The notes beneath the pieces are model-generated. The model was not told where the DNA came from. It saw nothing but the letters and a program-made list of their open reading frames with translations, and made no database searches. This document shows, piece by piece, positions 49,031 to 58,139 of a DNA stretch of 64,000 nt. The DNA is taken from positions 28,557 through 92,556 of the forward strand of contig JAGWRO010000090.1 in the NCBI GenBank assembly GCA_028876495.1, read 5' to 3'. This DNA comes from Bacteroidota bacterium (GTDB lineage Bacteria; Bacteroidota; Bacteroidia; Chitinophagales; Chitinophagaceae). The position numbers and the translations under genes were made by a program. Each line of letters begins with the position of its first letter. The first letter of the stretch is position 1.

Positions 49031-49081
49031 ACACAATATTAAAAATAAATTTTGCTTTATGAAAAAATATTTACGATTTTT

Positions 49082-49112
49082 TTATCAACATTTTAAAATG
49101 CTGTGTGGATAA
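49082..49112. promoter_or_regulatory. DnaA-box pair
   Basis: TTATCAACA (one mismatch, 49082-49090) and TGTGGATAA (perfect reverse complement of TTATCCACA, 49104-49112) in an AT-rich 364-nt intergenic gap. Confidence 0.4.
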
Positions 49113-49262
49113 GCATAATAAAATTGAACCGAAATTGACTTTTTATTTTTCAAAAAAGCCTTTTATTTCTTTCTGAATTTTTTAATAATGCAGATAATGC
49201 AATTTAAAATAGGTGTGGTTCATCGCTTTGCAAACTTTACCTTTGAAACTTAATTTTATTTT

Positions 49263-50243
49263 ATGCAATTTCCTTCCCCTGTTTCTGTTTCTTGGATCGC
49301 AGATTTTATCAATGCAAAAATTTTAGGCAACAAAAATTCTTATGCTTCAGGCATCAATGAAATACACAAAGTAAAAAATGGCGACATTGTTTTTGTGGAT
49401 CATCCTAAATATTATGATACTTGTTTGAACAGCGCTGCTACCTGTATTATCATTAATGCAGAAAGGGAAGTGCCTGAAGGGAAAACGTTGCTTGTTGTTT
49501 CAGATCCTTTTGAAGCATACCTTAAAATTGTTAATCATTTTAAGCCTTTTCTTGCCTCAGATAAAATGATAAGTGATACAGCTAAGGTTGGCAAAAACCC
49601 GGTTATAATGCCAAATGTTTTTTTAGGAAATAATGTGGTGATAGGTGACCATTGTATCATTCATCCGAATGTGATTATTTACGATGATTGCGTTATTGGT
49701 AATCATGTTGAAATCCATTCCGGTACCGTAATCGGGAGCGATGCTTTTTATTTTAATACCAAAAAAAACCGGGAACATTGGTATAAAAAAATGCAAAGCT
49801 GTGGCAATGTTGAAATCAAAGATGATGTTGAAATAGGAGCCAATTGTACCATTGACCGCGGTGTAAGCGATTCTACAGTTATCGGAAGCGGAACAAAAAT
49901 GGATAACCTGATTCATATTGGCCATGACGTGATAATTGGAAAAAATTGTTTGATTGCTGCACAGGTAGGCATAGCGGGAGGAACCGTTTTAGGTGATGGT
50001 GTAACACTTTGGGGACAGGTTGGTGTAAATAAAACAATTTCTATCGGCGACAATGCAATTGTAATGGGACAAGGCGGAGTTACTTCAAGTATTGAGGCGA
50101 ATAAAACCTATTGGGGAACTCCGATCCAGGAATTTTACTCTAAAAGAAAAGAACTGGTAATGATAAAAAGACTTCCTGAAATTTGGGAAAAAATAAAATC
50201 ATTGAGTAATCAAAATGGAGAAAATAAGTCTTCTGAAAAATAA
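49263..50243 (+). CDS. lpxD: UDP-3-O-(3-hydroxyacyl)glucosamine N-acyltransferase (LpxD family)
   Basis: LpxD N-domain (GINEIH, FVDHPKY), hexapeptide repeats, IGANCTIDRG, DNLIHIGHDV. A -7 box TACCTTTG lies at 49238-49245. Confidence 0.88.
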   Translation: MQFPSPVSVSWIADFINAKILGNKNSYASGINEIHKVKNGDIVFVDHPKYYDTCLNSAATCIIINAEREVPEGKTLLVVSDPFEAYLKIVNHFKPFLASDKMISDTAKVGKNPVIMPNVFLGNNVVIGDHCIIHPNVIIYDDCVIGNHVEIHSGTVIGSDAFYFNTKKNREHWYKKMQSCGNVEIKDDVEIGANCTIDRGVSDSTVIGSGTKMDNLIHIGHDVIIGKNCLIAAQVGIAGGTVLGDGVTLWGQVGVNKTISIGDNAIVMGQGGVTSSIEANKTYWGTPIQEFYSKRKELVMIKRLPEIWEKIKSLSNQNGENKSSEK

Positions 50244-50286
50244 TTTGCATTTTTCCACAAAATAAAAATTCATAAAATTTACTGGT

Positions 50287-51417
50287 TTACTGCAACTCTT
50301 CTTCAGTGTTATAATCATAAGGAAGCATATCACCAATCTTTTTAAAACCAAGATAGCCATTGGTTACCAGATCTTCCTGGTCGTAAAAATATCCGTTTTG
50401 GTCGATAAAAAACTTTTCTCCTTTAGGAAAAATTAAAGTGGATAGCTGAAAAGTTTTCTTTACGGTAGAATCCAAATCTGTATAAGTTTTTTCGGGCTTG
50501 GCCTTATTATAAATCAACGCCACTTCACTTTGATTCGGATAAAACGCTACAATATTAGTACTGTCATCTTTCTTGTAATTTAAGGCTCCATAAACATTGC
50601 CAAGATGAATTGGATAATCTTCACCATTATTGTGGACGATAAATTGAATTTCAAATCCATTTTCCTCCAAGGTGCGTGAATAAAGGCTTCGCATAAACTG
50701 AAGTAAAGAACCTTTATAAGCAATGGTACGATTTGCCTGCCACATTTCCTTCTGCTCCGGGGTGCCGTTCATTTCTGTGAACAGAGGATATCCGACAAAT
50801 AAATTAGTGCCTGAGTTGTAATTGTTGGTAAAAGAATCGATAGCAAATTTTAATGTATAACCTAAGGCAAAGTTGTCAACGATCAAAGGTTCTTTTGCCA
50901 GAACCTTTAAAGAATTTCTTTTTTTATTAAAATAAAAATGCAGTACTTCAGGATTTTTTATAAAACATAATTTGGAAAATTTTGTTTGACCGATAAAATT
51001 GTCAGTAAAAAAGTTTCCATATTTTTCCCAGCCATCTTTTACCTCATTACTGATAGAAATGGTTACTGCTTCAAGTGATGTTACTTCCGGGTTTAATTCA
51101 AAAATCAAACTATCATTTTGAGATGAACTGGTTACACGAATGGTTTGGGTTTCATATCCGGTAAAAGTGGTAACTAAAGAATAACCACCCTTTGGAAGCC
51201 AGATACTAAAATTTCCATCCGCATCGGTTGCTTCTCCGATAGTGGTATTTTGAGCAAATACAGATGCCCCGGCCAATGGAACCTGGGTTGTTTTATCTAC
51301 TACTTTTCCTTTTACCAAATAATAAGGAGCCTGTGCTAAACCTTTGCGTGGGAGCACAAAAAAGGAAAGAATAAAAATAAAAGCAGCAACAAAAATAATT
51401 TGGATATTGGTATTCAT
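50287..51417 (-). CDS. Secreted protein with carboxypeptidase-regulatory-like domain
   Basis: Signal peptide; VKGKVVDKTT..PLAGASVF..T..G..TDADGNF; L.AVTIS. Confidence 0.8.
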   Translation of the reverse strand: MNTNIQIIFVAAFIFILSFFVLPRKGLAQAPYYLVKGKVVDKTTQVPLAGASVFAQNTTIGEATDADGNFSIWLPKGGYSLVTTFTGYETQTIRVTSSSQNDSLIFELNPEVTSLEAVTISISNEVKDGWEKYGNFFTDNFIGQTKFSKLCFIKNPEVLHFYFNKKRNSLKVLAKEPLIVDNFALGYTLKFAIDSFTNNYNSGTNLFVGYPLFTEMNGTPEQKEMWQANRTIAYKGSLLQFMRSLYSRTLEENGFEIQFIVHNNGEDYPIHLGNVYGALNYKKDDSTNIVAFYPNQSEVALIYNKAKPEKTYTDLDSTVKKTFQLSTLIFPKGEKFFIDQNGYFYDQEDLVTNGYLGFKKIGDMLPYDYNTEEELQ

Positions 51418-51435
51418 AGGGCTATTTTATTGTAA

Positions 51436-52449
51436 TTAAAGTTGGTACTTTTCTTTCATTCGTTGGCAGGTAAATTCAATGGTGTCTTTAATTTGGGTAA
51501 AATGAAACTCAGGCAACGCCCGTAAAATCCTGCTGTTATCAAAATAAACTTTTGCCTGTGCTGTTCTCGCTGTTTCTTTTGTGAGCAAATGTTTGTTGCC
51601 CGTAAACTTCGTTTTTATCGCTTCCAGTCTCCAGATCAATTCTGCTAAAAAAGGAGAAACTTTTTTTGATGGCGGTTTTTTTCCAAAGCATTTTGCAATT
51701 GAAGAAAAAATTTCTCTGTAAGGTAAATTCTCTCCATTTAAAATGAAACGTTCTGAAGTAATTTCGCTATTCATTAACAGGATCATGGCGCTTGCCACAT
51801 CTCTTACATCTACAAATCCCGACACGCCATCTGTGTACCATTTAAACTCGTTGTACGCGTTTTTGAAAATGGCCGAAGACCCGGTTTCCCAATTATCTCC
51901 CCCCAATATTAAACTAGGATTTACAATTACCGCTTTCAAGCCTTCTCCTATTCCGCGCCATACTTCCATCTCGCCATAGTATTTTGATTTACCATAAATA
52001 CTGTTGCTGGTTTCTTCGGTCCAGTTCATTTTTTCTGTAACTATTTCTTCTTCTCTAATTCTACCTAAAGCTGCTACAGAACTAACGTGTACTAACTTTT
52101 CAATTCCGGCATCAATACAAGCATTTACCACATTCGCTGTTCCTTCAATATTTATTTTTAAAAGTTGTTCTTTATCTTTTGGATCATAGGAAACCAAAGC
52201 TGCACAATGGTAAACGTAAGTAATTCTTTCCATGGCTTCTTCAAGCGCTGGTACATCAAGAATGTCGCATGGTAGAATTTCAAGCGAAGGATGAGAAAAA
52301 GGAATGGGTGCTGAATGATAGATTGCTTTTACTTTTTCACCGGCATCCAGTAACTGTTTTATTAATTCATTTCCAATAAGGCCTGCACCGCCTGTAACCA
52401 GGATCCTTTTTTCAGCTATATTTTTTTTAGACAAATTTTCTTGAAGCAT
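51436..52449 (-). CDS. NAD-dependent epimerase/dehydratase (dihydroflavonol reductase-like extended SDR)
   Basis: VTGGAGLIG, HCAALVS, VSSVAALG, YGKSK, VNPSLILG. Confidence 0.88.
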   Translation of the reverse strand: MLQENLSKKNIAEKRILVTGGAGLIGNELIKQLLDAGEKVKAIYHSAPIPFSHPSLEILPCDILDVPALEEAMERITYVYHCAALVSYDPKDKEQLLKINIEGTANVVNACIDAGIEKLVHVSSVAALGRIREEEIVTEKMNWTEETSNSIYGKSKYYGEMEVWRGIGEGLKAVIVNPSLILGGDNWETGSSAIFKNAYNEFKWYTDGVSGFVDVRDVASAMILLMNSEITSERFILNGENLPYREIFSSIAKCFGKKPPSKKVSPFLAELIWRLEAIKTKFTGNKHLLTKETARTAQAKVYFDNSRILRALPEFHFTQIKDTIEFTCQRMKEKYQL

Positions 52450-52501
52450 TTTTGAATTTCCAATAATTATTTAAGCAATGTAAATTATTTATCCTAACCA
52501 G

Positions 52502-53347
52502 CTATTGGTAATTGTAAAATCCTTCCCCTGTTTTTTTGCCTAACAAATGCTGCTTTACTTTTTCTATTTGAAGTGGCGAAGGTGTAAAACGTAGCGCATT
52601 ATTAAAAGACCGGTACATAGTTTCAGTAACAGCAAGATTAATATCCATACCAATTAAATCCATCAATTTGAAGGGCCCCATTTTAAAACCAGTTGCTTCT
52701 AAAATTTCATCCACCTCTTCGAATGATGCAATTTCTTCTTCAACTATTTTTAAAGATTCAAGGTAATAATGTCGTGCGACCCGGTTAACAATAAACCCGG
52801 GAGAATCCTCACACAAAACCGGTTTTTTGCCCATTTGGCGGCAAATATTGATTACAGCATTTACAACTTCGTTGTTGGTTTGTTTTCCTTTTACCACTTC
52901 TACCAGTTTCATGATATAGGCCGGGTTAAAAAAATGCATCCCAATTACCCTTTGTGGAAAAGCAATTTTTTCCTGTATTTGCGAAACAGAAAGTGAAGAG
53001 GTGTTAGTAGCAAAAATTACTTCTTCATTGTTGTAGTTAGCAAGTTCAGTAAACAAAGAAATTTTGGCTTTTTCTATTTCGACAATAGCTTCAATTATCA
53101 CAAATGCACTGCAATCGGCGATGTTATTGGTAAATTTTATTCTGCTGAAAATTTCCTGTTTTTCGTTTGTCGAAATTTTGTTTTTATCAACTAAATATTC
53201 AAGGTTTTTTTGAATAATTTTTTTTGCATTTTCAAGCACTGATTCATTTACATCAAAAAGAATAGTATCAAAACCGCTTTGCGCAGAAACCTGCGCAATA
53301 CCGCTTCCCATTGTTCCTGCTCCACAAATGCAAATGGTTATTATCAT
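52502..53347 (-). CDS. 3-hydroxyacyl-CoA (3-hydroxybutyryl-CoA) dehydrogenase
   Basis: GAGTMGSGIAQ, IEAIVE, ATNTSSLS, GMHFFNPA, PGFIVNR, GPFKLMDLIG. Confidence 0.93.
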   Translation of the reverse strand: MIITICICGAGTMGSGIAQVSAQSGFDTILFDVNESVLENAKKIIQKNLEYLVDKNKISTNEKQEIFSRIKFTNNIADCSAFVIIEAIVEIEKAKISLFTELANYNNEEVIFATNTSSLSVSQIQEKIAFPQRVIGMHFFNPAYIMKLVEVVKGKQTNNEVVNAVINICRQMGKKPVLCEDSPGFIVNRVARHYYLESLKIVEEEIASFEEVDEILEATGFKMGPFKLMDLIGMDINLAVTETMYRSFNNALRFTPSPLQIEKVKQHLLGKKTGEGFYNYQ

Positions 53348-53721
53348 AATTCAATATTATAAAAATCAATTGTTAATTCAGAAATTTGTTTAAACCCTTT
53401 ATCAGCAGTAACCAAAGGGATTTCAAGGGCAATTGAAGAAGCAGCAATAATTATATCGGGAATTTTTAGAGAATATTTCTTCCTAAATGCAATAGAAATA
53501 TCTTTTACTGTTTCATCAATAGAAATAACTTTAAATTCTTTTAAAAAGTTTTTTATTTCTTTTTCCTGACTTTCTGAAATTGACTTGAAACTGAATAATT
53601 CGATTTCGCAAATGATTGAAGTGTAAAGAATTTTATTTTGAAGATAAGTTGAGATAGTCTTATCTCCTGAAAGAATGTATAAAATAATATTAGTATCAAG
53701 GAAGAACTTATTGCCATTCAT
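53344..53721 (-). CDS. vapC: PIN-domain toxin (VapC family)
   Basis: FLDTNIILY, EIEL, KIPDIIIAAS, LVTADKGF acidic tetrad. Confidence 0.88.
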   Translation of the reverse strand: MNGNKFFLDTNIILYILSGDKTISTYLQNKILYTSIICEIELFSFKSISESQEKEIKNFLKEFKVISIDETVKDISIAFRKKYSLKIPDIIIAASSIALEIPLVTADKGFKQISELTIDFYNIEL

Positions 53722-53872
53722 CCCGTAGTTTTTTTTGAATAACTAATGGGTCTTCTTTAAGGGTGATTCTTCCGCAGTATTTTAAAGTATCTACGCCCTT
53801 TTCTTTTGGACTTTTGGTTCTTTTTATCCGTGTTATACTATTTTTTCTTGTTTTATTTTTTGTTTGAGCCAT
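53708..53872 (-). CDS. Putative antitoxin, 54 aa (not in the ORF track)
   Basis: Manual translation: MAQTKNKTRKNSITRIKRTKSPKEKGVDTLKYCGRITLKEDPLVIQKKLRDEWQ*. Overlaps the vapC start by 14 nt. Confidence 0.75.
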   Translation of the reverse strand: MAQTKNKTRKNSITRIKRTKSPKEKGVDTLKYCGRITLKEDPLVIQKKLRDEWQ

Positions 53873-53947
53873 AGTGGAATTAATTAGTTCTAAAGATAAA
53901 AAATGAAATTTACTTAAAAACCAATAAAATTGAAAAGACGGATTTAA

Positions 53948-54979
53948 CTAAACCGCACTTTCAAATTGTTTTAAAAATCTCAGGTCATTTTCACTGAAAA
54001 TCCTTAAATCTTTTATTTGGTATTTGAGCATGGTAATCCTTTCAATTCCCATTCCAAAAGCAAATCCTGAATATTTGTTAGGATCAATTCCACAGTTTTT
54101 TAAGACATTGGGATGAACCATTCCGCAACCTAAAATCTCAACCCAGCCCGTGTGTTTACAAACGTTACATCCACTTCCGCCACAAATAAGGCAGGAAATA
54201 TCCATTTCAGCGCTCGGTTCTGTAAAAGGAAAATAAGAAGGGCGAAAACGCACTTTCATTTCTTTGCCAAACATTTCCTGCACAAAGAAATAAAGTGTTT
54301 GTTTGAGGTCGGCGAATGAAACATTCTCAGCAATATATAAACCTTCTACCTGGTGGAAAAAACAGTGCGCTCTTGCGCTGATCGTTTCATTTCTGTAAAC
54401 ACGGCCGGGACAAATAATTCTTATAGGTAAAATTCCTTTTTCCATTTCGCGTACCTGCACACTGCTCGTATGAGTTCGTAGCATCCATGCAGGATTTTGA
54501 GAAACATAAAACGTGTCCTGCATATCACGCGCCGGATGATTTTCAGGTAAATTAAGTGCTGTAAAATTATGCCAGTCATCTTCAATTTCAGGTCCTTCAG
54601 CAACAGCAAAGCCAAGCCTTTGAAAAATAGAAACGATTTTATTTCTCACAATGCTTATAGGATGGCGGCTTCCGATTGGCAATGAATCGCCAGGCAATGA
54701 AAGATCTATTTTACTTTCTGTCGCCGTTCCTCCGATATCTGTCGCCGTCTTCAACTCCTCATATTTGTTTTCTGCAAATAATTTTAATTCATTGAGCGCC
54801 TTACCCATTTCTTTTTTATTCTCCGGCGGCACATTTCTCATTTCACTCATCAGTGATTTTACAGAACCATTCGAGCCAATAAATTGTATGCGAAATGTTT
54901 CCGCTATATTTTTTTCAGACGAAGAGAAATTGATTATTTCTTCTTTTAAATTTTTTATTTGCGTAAGCAGATTTTCCAT
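53948..54979 (-). CDS. pheS: Phenylalanyl-tRNA synthetase alpha subunit
   Basis: HPISI, GPEIE, HPARDMQDTF, LRTHTSSVQ, PGRVYR, FHQVEG, RPSYFPFTEPS, GFAFGMGIER. A -7 box TATTTTTG lies at 54985-54992. Confidence 0.98.
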   Translation of the reverse strand: MENLLTQIKNLKEEIINFSSSEKNIAETFRIQFIGSNGSVKSLMSEMRNVPPENKKEMGKALNELKLFAENKYEELKTATDIGGTATESKIDLSLPGDSLPIGSRHPISIVRNKIVSIFQRLGFAVAEGPEIEDDWHNFTALNLPENHPARDMQDTFYVSQNPAWMLRTHTSSVQVREMEKGILPIRIICPGRVYRNETISARAHCFFHQVEGLYIAENVSFADLKQTLYFFVQEMFGKEMKVRFRPSYFPFTEPSAEMDISCLICGGSGCNVCKHTGWVEILGCGMVHPNVLKNCGIDPNKYSGFAFGMGIERITMLKYQIKDLRIFSENDLRFLKQFESAV

Positions 54980-55095
54980 AGATGCAAAAATAAGTGAAAC
55001 AGGATTTAGAAAGATTTTTAGTACTTACGGGAAGATAATTATTTGCAAACAATCTTTTTCTTCATTTATTGGTAGGTTTGCCAAAAAATTAAAAA

Positions 55096-56226
55096 TTGAT
55101 TTACGATTTAATTGAATATTTAACGCCATTGAATCTCGCCGTTATAAGTGGAGATGCTTCATACAATGACAGCCAGATCGGAAGTGTTATCAAAATCTAT
55201 GAAGAAGAGATTCCGGATTTTGAAAACATAGATATTATAATTGTTGGGATAAATGAATTCAGGGGAAGTGGCATTGATGTAACAATAAATTCGGCTGATG
55301 CGGTACGTAGAAAGTTTTATGAATTACACTATTGGCATAAAGAAATTTCAATTGCCGATATTGGAAATATTAAATGCGGTTCATCTTTAAACGATAGTTA
55401 TTCAGCAATAACTATTGTTTTAAAAGAATTGCTTCAGCTTAACAAAACAGTGGTGATTATTGGCGGATCACATGATAATACTTTAGCCCAGTATTTTGCT
55501 TATAAAGAATTAAATAAAATAATCGACGCGACGGTTGTAGATGCAACCATTGATCTGAGAAGCGAATCCACCTTGCGGAGCGAGAATTTTTTAATGGAAA
55601 TGCTTACCGGCGAACCGAATATGGTTCGGCATTATAATCATATTGCCTTTCAGAGTTATTTTGTTCATCCAAGGATGCTTGAAACAATGGATAAGCTTAG
55701 GTTTGATTGTTTCAGGGTAGGAAATGTAAGAGAAGAATTATCTGAAATGGAGCCGGTGATCCGTAATTCTGATATGTTCAGTTTTGATATTGCTGCAATA
55801 AAAAGCAGTGATGCTCCGGCAAGTGCCTGCAGCCCCAATGGTTTGACAGGGGAAGAAGCGTGTACGCTTATACGTTATGCAGGTATGAGCCCTTCTGTTT
55901 CTTCAGCAGGTATTTATGGATTTGACGCGTCGAAAGATTCTGGTGATCTCACCGCATTGCAGATTGCGCAAATGCTTTGGTACTTTATTGATGGTAAAAA
56001 CAGGAGCCTCCAGGAATCAGCATTAAATGAGCGTCAGAATTTTAATGAGTATCACACGGCTTTTGCAGAAGTGGACACCGTTTTTATACAAAGTAAAAAA
56101 ACGGGCAGATGGTGGATGCAAATGCCTGATAAAAAAATGATTGCCTGCAGCTATAAAGATTATTTATTTGCGAGCAGGAATGAAATTCCTGAAAGATGGT
56201 TAAGGGCGCAGGAAAGAGATGTTTAG
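55096..56226 (+). CDS. Arginase/formiminoglutamase-fold protein with a degenerate metal site
   Basis: GGSHD, DATID and SFDIAAI correspond to GGDH, DAHxD and SxDxD. TTG start, with a -7 box TAGGTTTG at 55073-55080. Confidence 0.8.
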   Translation: MIYDLIEYLTPLNLAVISGDASYNDSQIGSVIKIYEEEIPDFENIDIIIVGINEFRGSGIDVTINSADAVRRKFYELHYWHKEISIADIGNIKCGSSLNDSYSAITIVLKELLQLNKTVVIIGGSHDNTLAQYFAYKELNKIIDATVVDATIDLRSESTLRSENFLMEMLTGEPNMVRHYNHIAFQSYFVHPRMLETMDKLRFDCFRVGNVREELSEMEPVIRNSDMFSFDIAAIKSSDAPASACSPNGLTGEEACTLIRYAGMSPSVSSAGIYGFDASKDSGDLTALQIAQMLWYFIDGKNRSLQESALNERQNFNEYHTAFAEVDTVFIQSKKTGRWWMQMPDKKMIACSYKDYLFASRNEIPERWLRAQERDV

Positions 56227-56309
56227 ATTTATCTTTTAGACAATCTTTGCAGTAAACAAATAAATTCTCCTGATTTTTTATTTTGTGATAGTTTTAAAAA
56301 TCAGAATAT

Positions 56310-57524
56310 TTATCTTCTGCTTGCGATCAATAAATTCAGATCAGTAAATTTAAGATCGAATCTTTGACTAAGATGAAAGTTAGTAAGCGAGCCTTTGAAT
56401 AAATAAATGCCACTTCGGATATTTATTTTATACCAGACTAAACTCTCAAAACCACCGTCATCCGCCATTTCAAGCATTAATGGCATTAATACATTACTTA
56501 TTGCCTGTGAAGCTGTACGTGCAAAACCACTGGGAATGTTGGGTACACAATAATGGATCACATCATATTTTTTAAAAACCGGTGAGGTGTGTGAAGTGAT
56601 TTTTGAAGTTTCAAAACATCCTCCATGATCAATGCTTACATCTACTATCACACTTCCGGGACGCATTTTACTTACCATTTCTTCTGTTACAACCATTGGC
56701 GTCCTTCCGCCGGAAGCGGCTAAAGCGCCAACGGCTACATCACAGGTTTTTAATTGTTTTGAAAGAATTCCGGGCTCTATAACGGAGGTGAACAAACGCA
56801 TTCCAATATTATTTTGTAAACGCTTCAACCTGTAAATACTGTTATCAAAAATTTTGATGCTGGCACCCATTGCCAGCGCGGTTCTTGCCGCTTGTTCGCC
56901 AACTATGCCTGCGCCGATAATAATCACTTTTGTAGGAGGAATTCCTGAAATGCCTCCGACTAAAACACCTTTGCCATGATTGGCATTGCTTAAATATTGG
57001 CCGGCAATCAGCATCACAGCGCTTCCCGCAATTTCACTCATGCTTCTTACAATGGGATTGTGCCCACTGTCGTCTTTCAGATTTTCAAAACTTAAGGCTG
57101 TTATTTTTTTATCCATCATTTTTTCCAAAATGTCACGCTTCATAGCGGTAACATGAATAGGAGAAATAATGAACTGATTGGGTTTTAATAAATCAATCTC
57201 AGCTTCGCTAACAGGTGCGCTTTTTACCAGGATATCACAATCAAAAACTTCTTTCTTGCCTGTAGCAATCTTTGCGCCTGCATCACTATAGTCTCTGTCA
57301 GAATAACTTGCGCCTTCTCCTGCTTTGCTTTCCATAATTACCCGGTGACCATTTGCTACCAATACGGCTACTGCTTCAGGGGTAAGTGCAATTCTGTTTT
57401 CCTGGAAGGAGGTTTCTTTTGGGATTCCAATAAATAAGTCTGCACCTTTGGGTTTTACATCCAGCGTCTCTTCCAGAGTTTCATAAGTAAAGGAAGAGGA
57501 GACAAACGGTTTTGAAGTTGCCAT
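56310..57524 (-). CDS. ald: Alanine dehydrogenase (Bacteroidota type with N-terminal extension)
   Basis: GIPKE..ENRIALTP, MSEIAG, IIGAGIVG, VDVSIDHGGCFET, HYCVPNIP. Confidence 0.92.
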   Translation of the reverse strand: MATSKPFVSSSFTYETLEETLDVKPKGADLFIGIPKETSFQENRIALTPEAVAVLVANGHRVIMESKAGEGASYSDRDYSDAGAKIATGKKEVFDCDILVKSAPVSEAEIDLLKPNQFIISPIHVTAMKRDILEKMMDKKITALSFENLKDDSGHNPIVRSMSEIAGSAVMLIAGQYLSNANHGKGVLVGGISGIPPTKVIIIGAGIVGEQAARTALAMGASIKIFDNSIYRLKRLQNNIGMRLFTSVIEPGILSKQLKTCDVAVGALAASGGRTPMVVTEEMVSKMRPGSVIVDVSIDHGGCFETSKITSHTSPVFKKYDVIHYCVPNIPSGFARTASQAISNVLMPLMLEMADDGGFESLVWYKINIRSGIYLFKGSLTNFHLSQRFDLKFTDLNLLIASRR

Positions 57525-57564
57525 GTAAAATGTTTACAATTAATAGTAATATAAATATAAATTT

Positions 57565-57984
57565 TTATACCGGTAATTTGATAATCAATTTCCTTTTAGT
57601 ATCTGAAAGAATTTCAATGTCGGTATAAATGGTATTATCAGGAAAAATATCAGGCGCTTTTTCAGGCCATTCCACCATGCAAATGTCGTTGCTAAGCAGG
57701 CAATCTTCAACCCCTGCATCCATAGCTTCTTCTTTACTTTTAATACGATAAAGATCAATATGAAAAATAGTTTTGTTATTGTTTGTTTTGTATTCCTGTA
57801 TAATAGAATAAGTGGGACTTGTTACAGTTTCTGCAACACCAAGTACTTTGCAAAGTGCTGTAATGAAGGAAGTTTTTCCTGCACCAAGGTCTCCACGAAA
57901 TGCAAATACCTTATAACCCGGGGTAGCTTTTAAAAATTTCTTTGCTGTTTTTTCTATTTCATTGAAATCGAAATAGATTTCCAT
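57565..57984 (-). CDS. tsaE: tRNA threonylcarbamoyladenosine biosynthesis ATPase TsaE
   Basis: GDLGAGKT, VTSPTYSIIQEY, HIDLYRI, VEWPE. Confidence 0.95.
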   Translation of the reverse strand: MEIYFDFNEIEKTAKKFLKATPGYKVFAFRGDLGAGKTSFITALCKVLGVAETVTSPTYSIIQEYKTNNNKTIFHIDLYRIKSKEEAMDAGVEDCLLSNDICMVEWPEKAPDIFPDNTIYTDIEILSDTKRKLIIKLPV

Positions 57985-58139
57985 ATCAACCATTTTGTAA
58001 AAATAATACATAAGAAGAGTTGAAAATAAAATTCTAAAATCAAATTGTACTTAAATTTTAAATTTTCATTTTTGAAACTTTTCTTCTTCCTGCTTTGAAT
58101 TACTTAATTTCAATTTTATACAACTTACTTTAAAATTTG

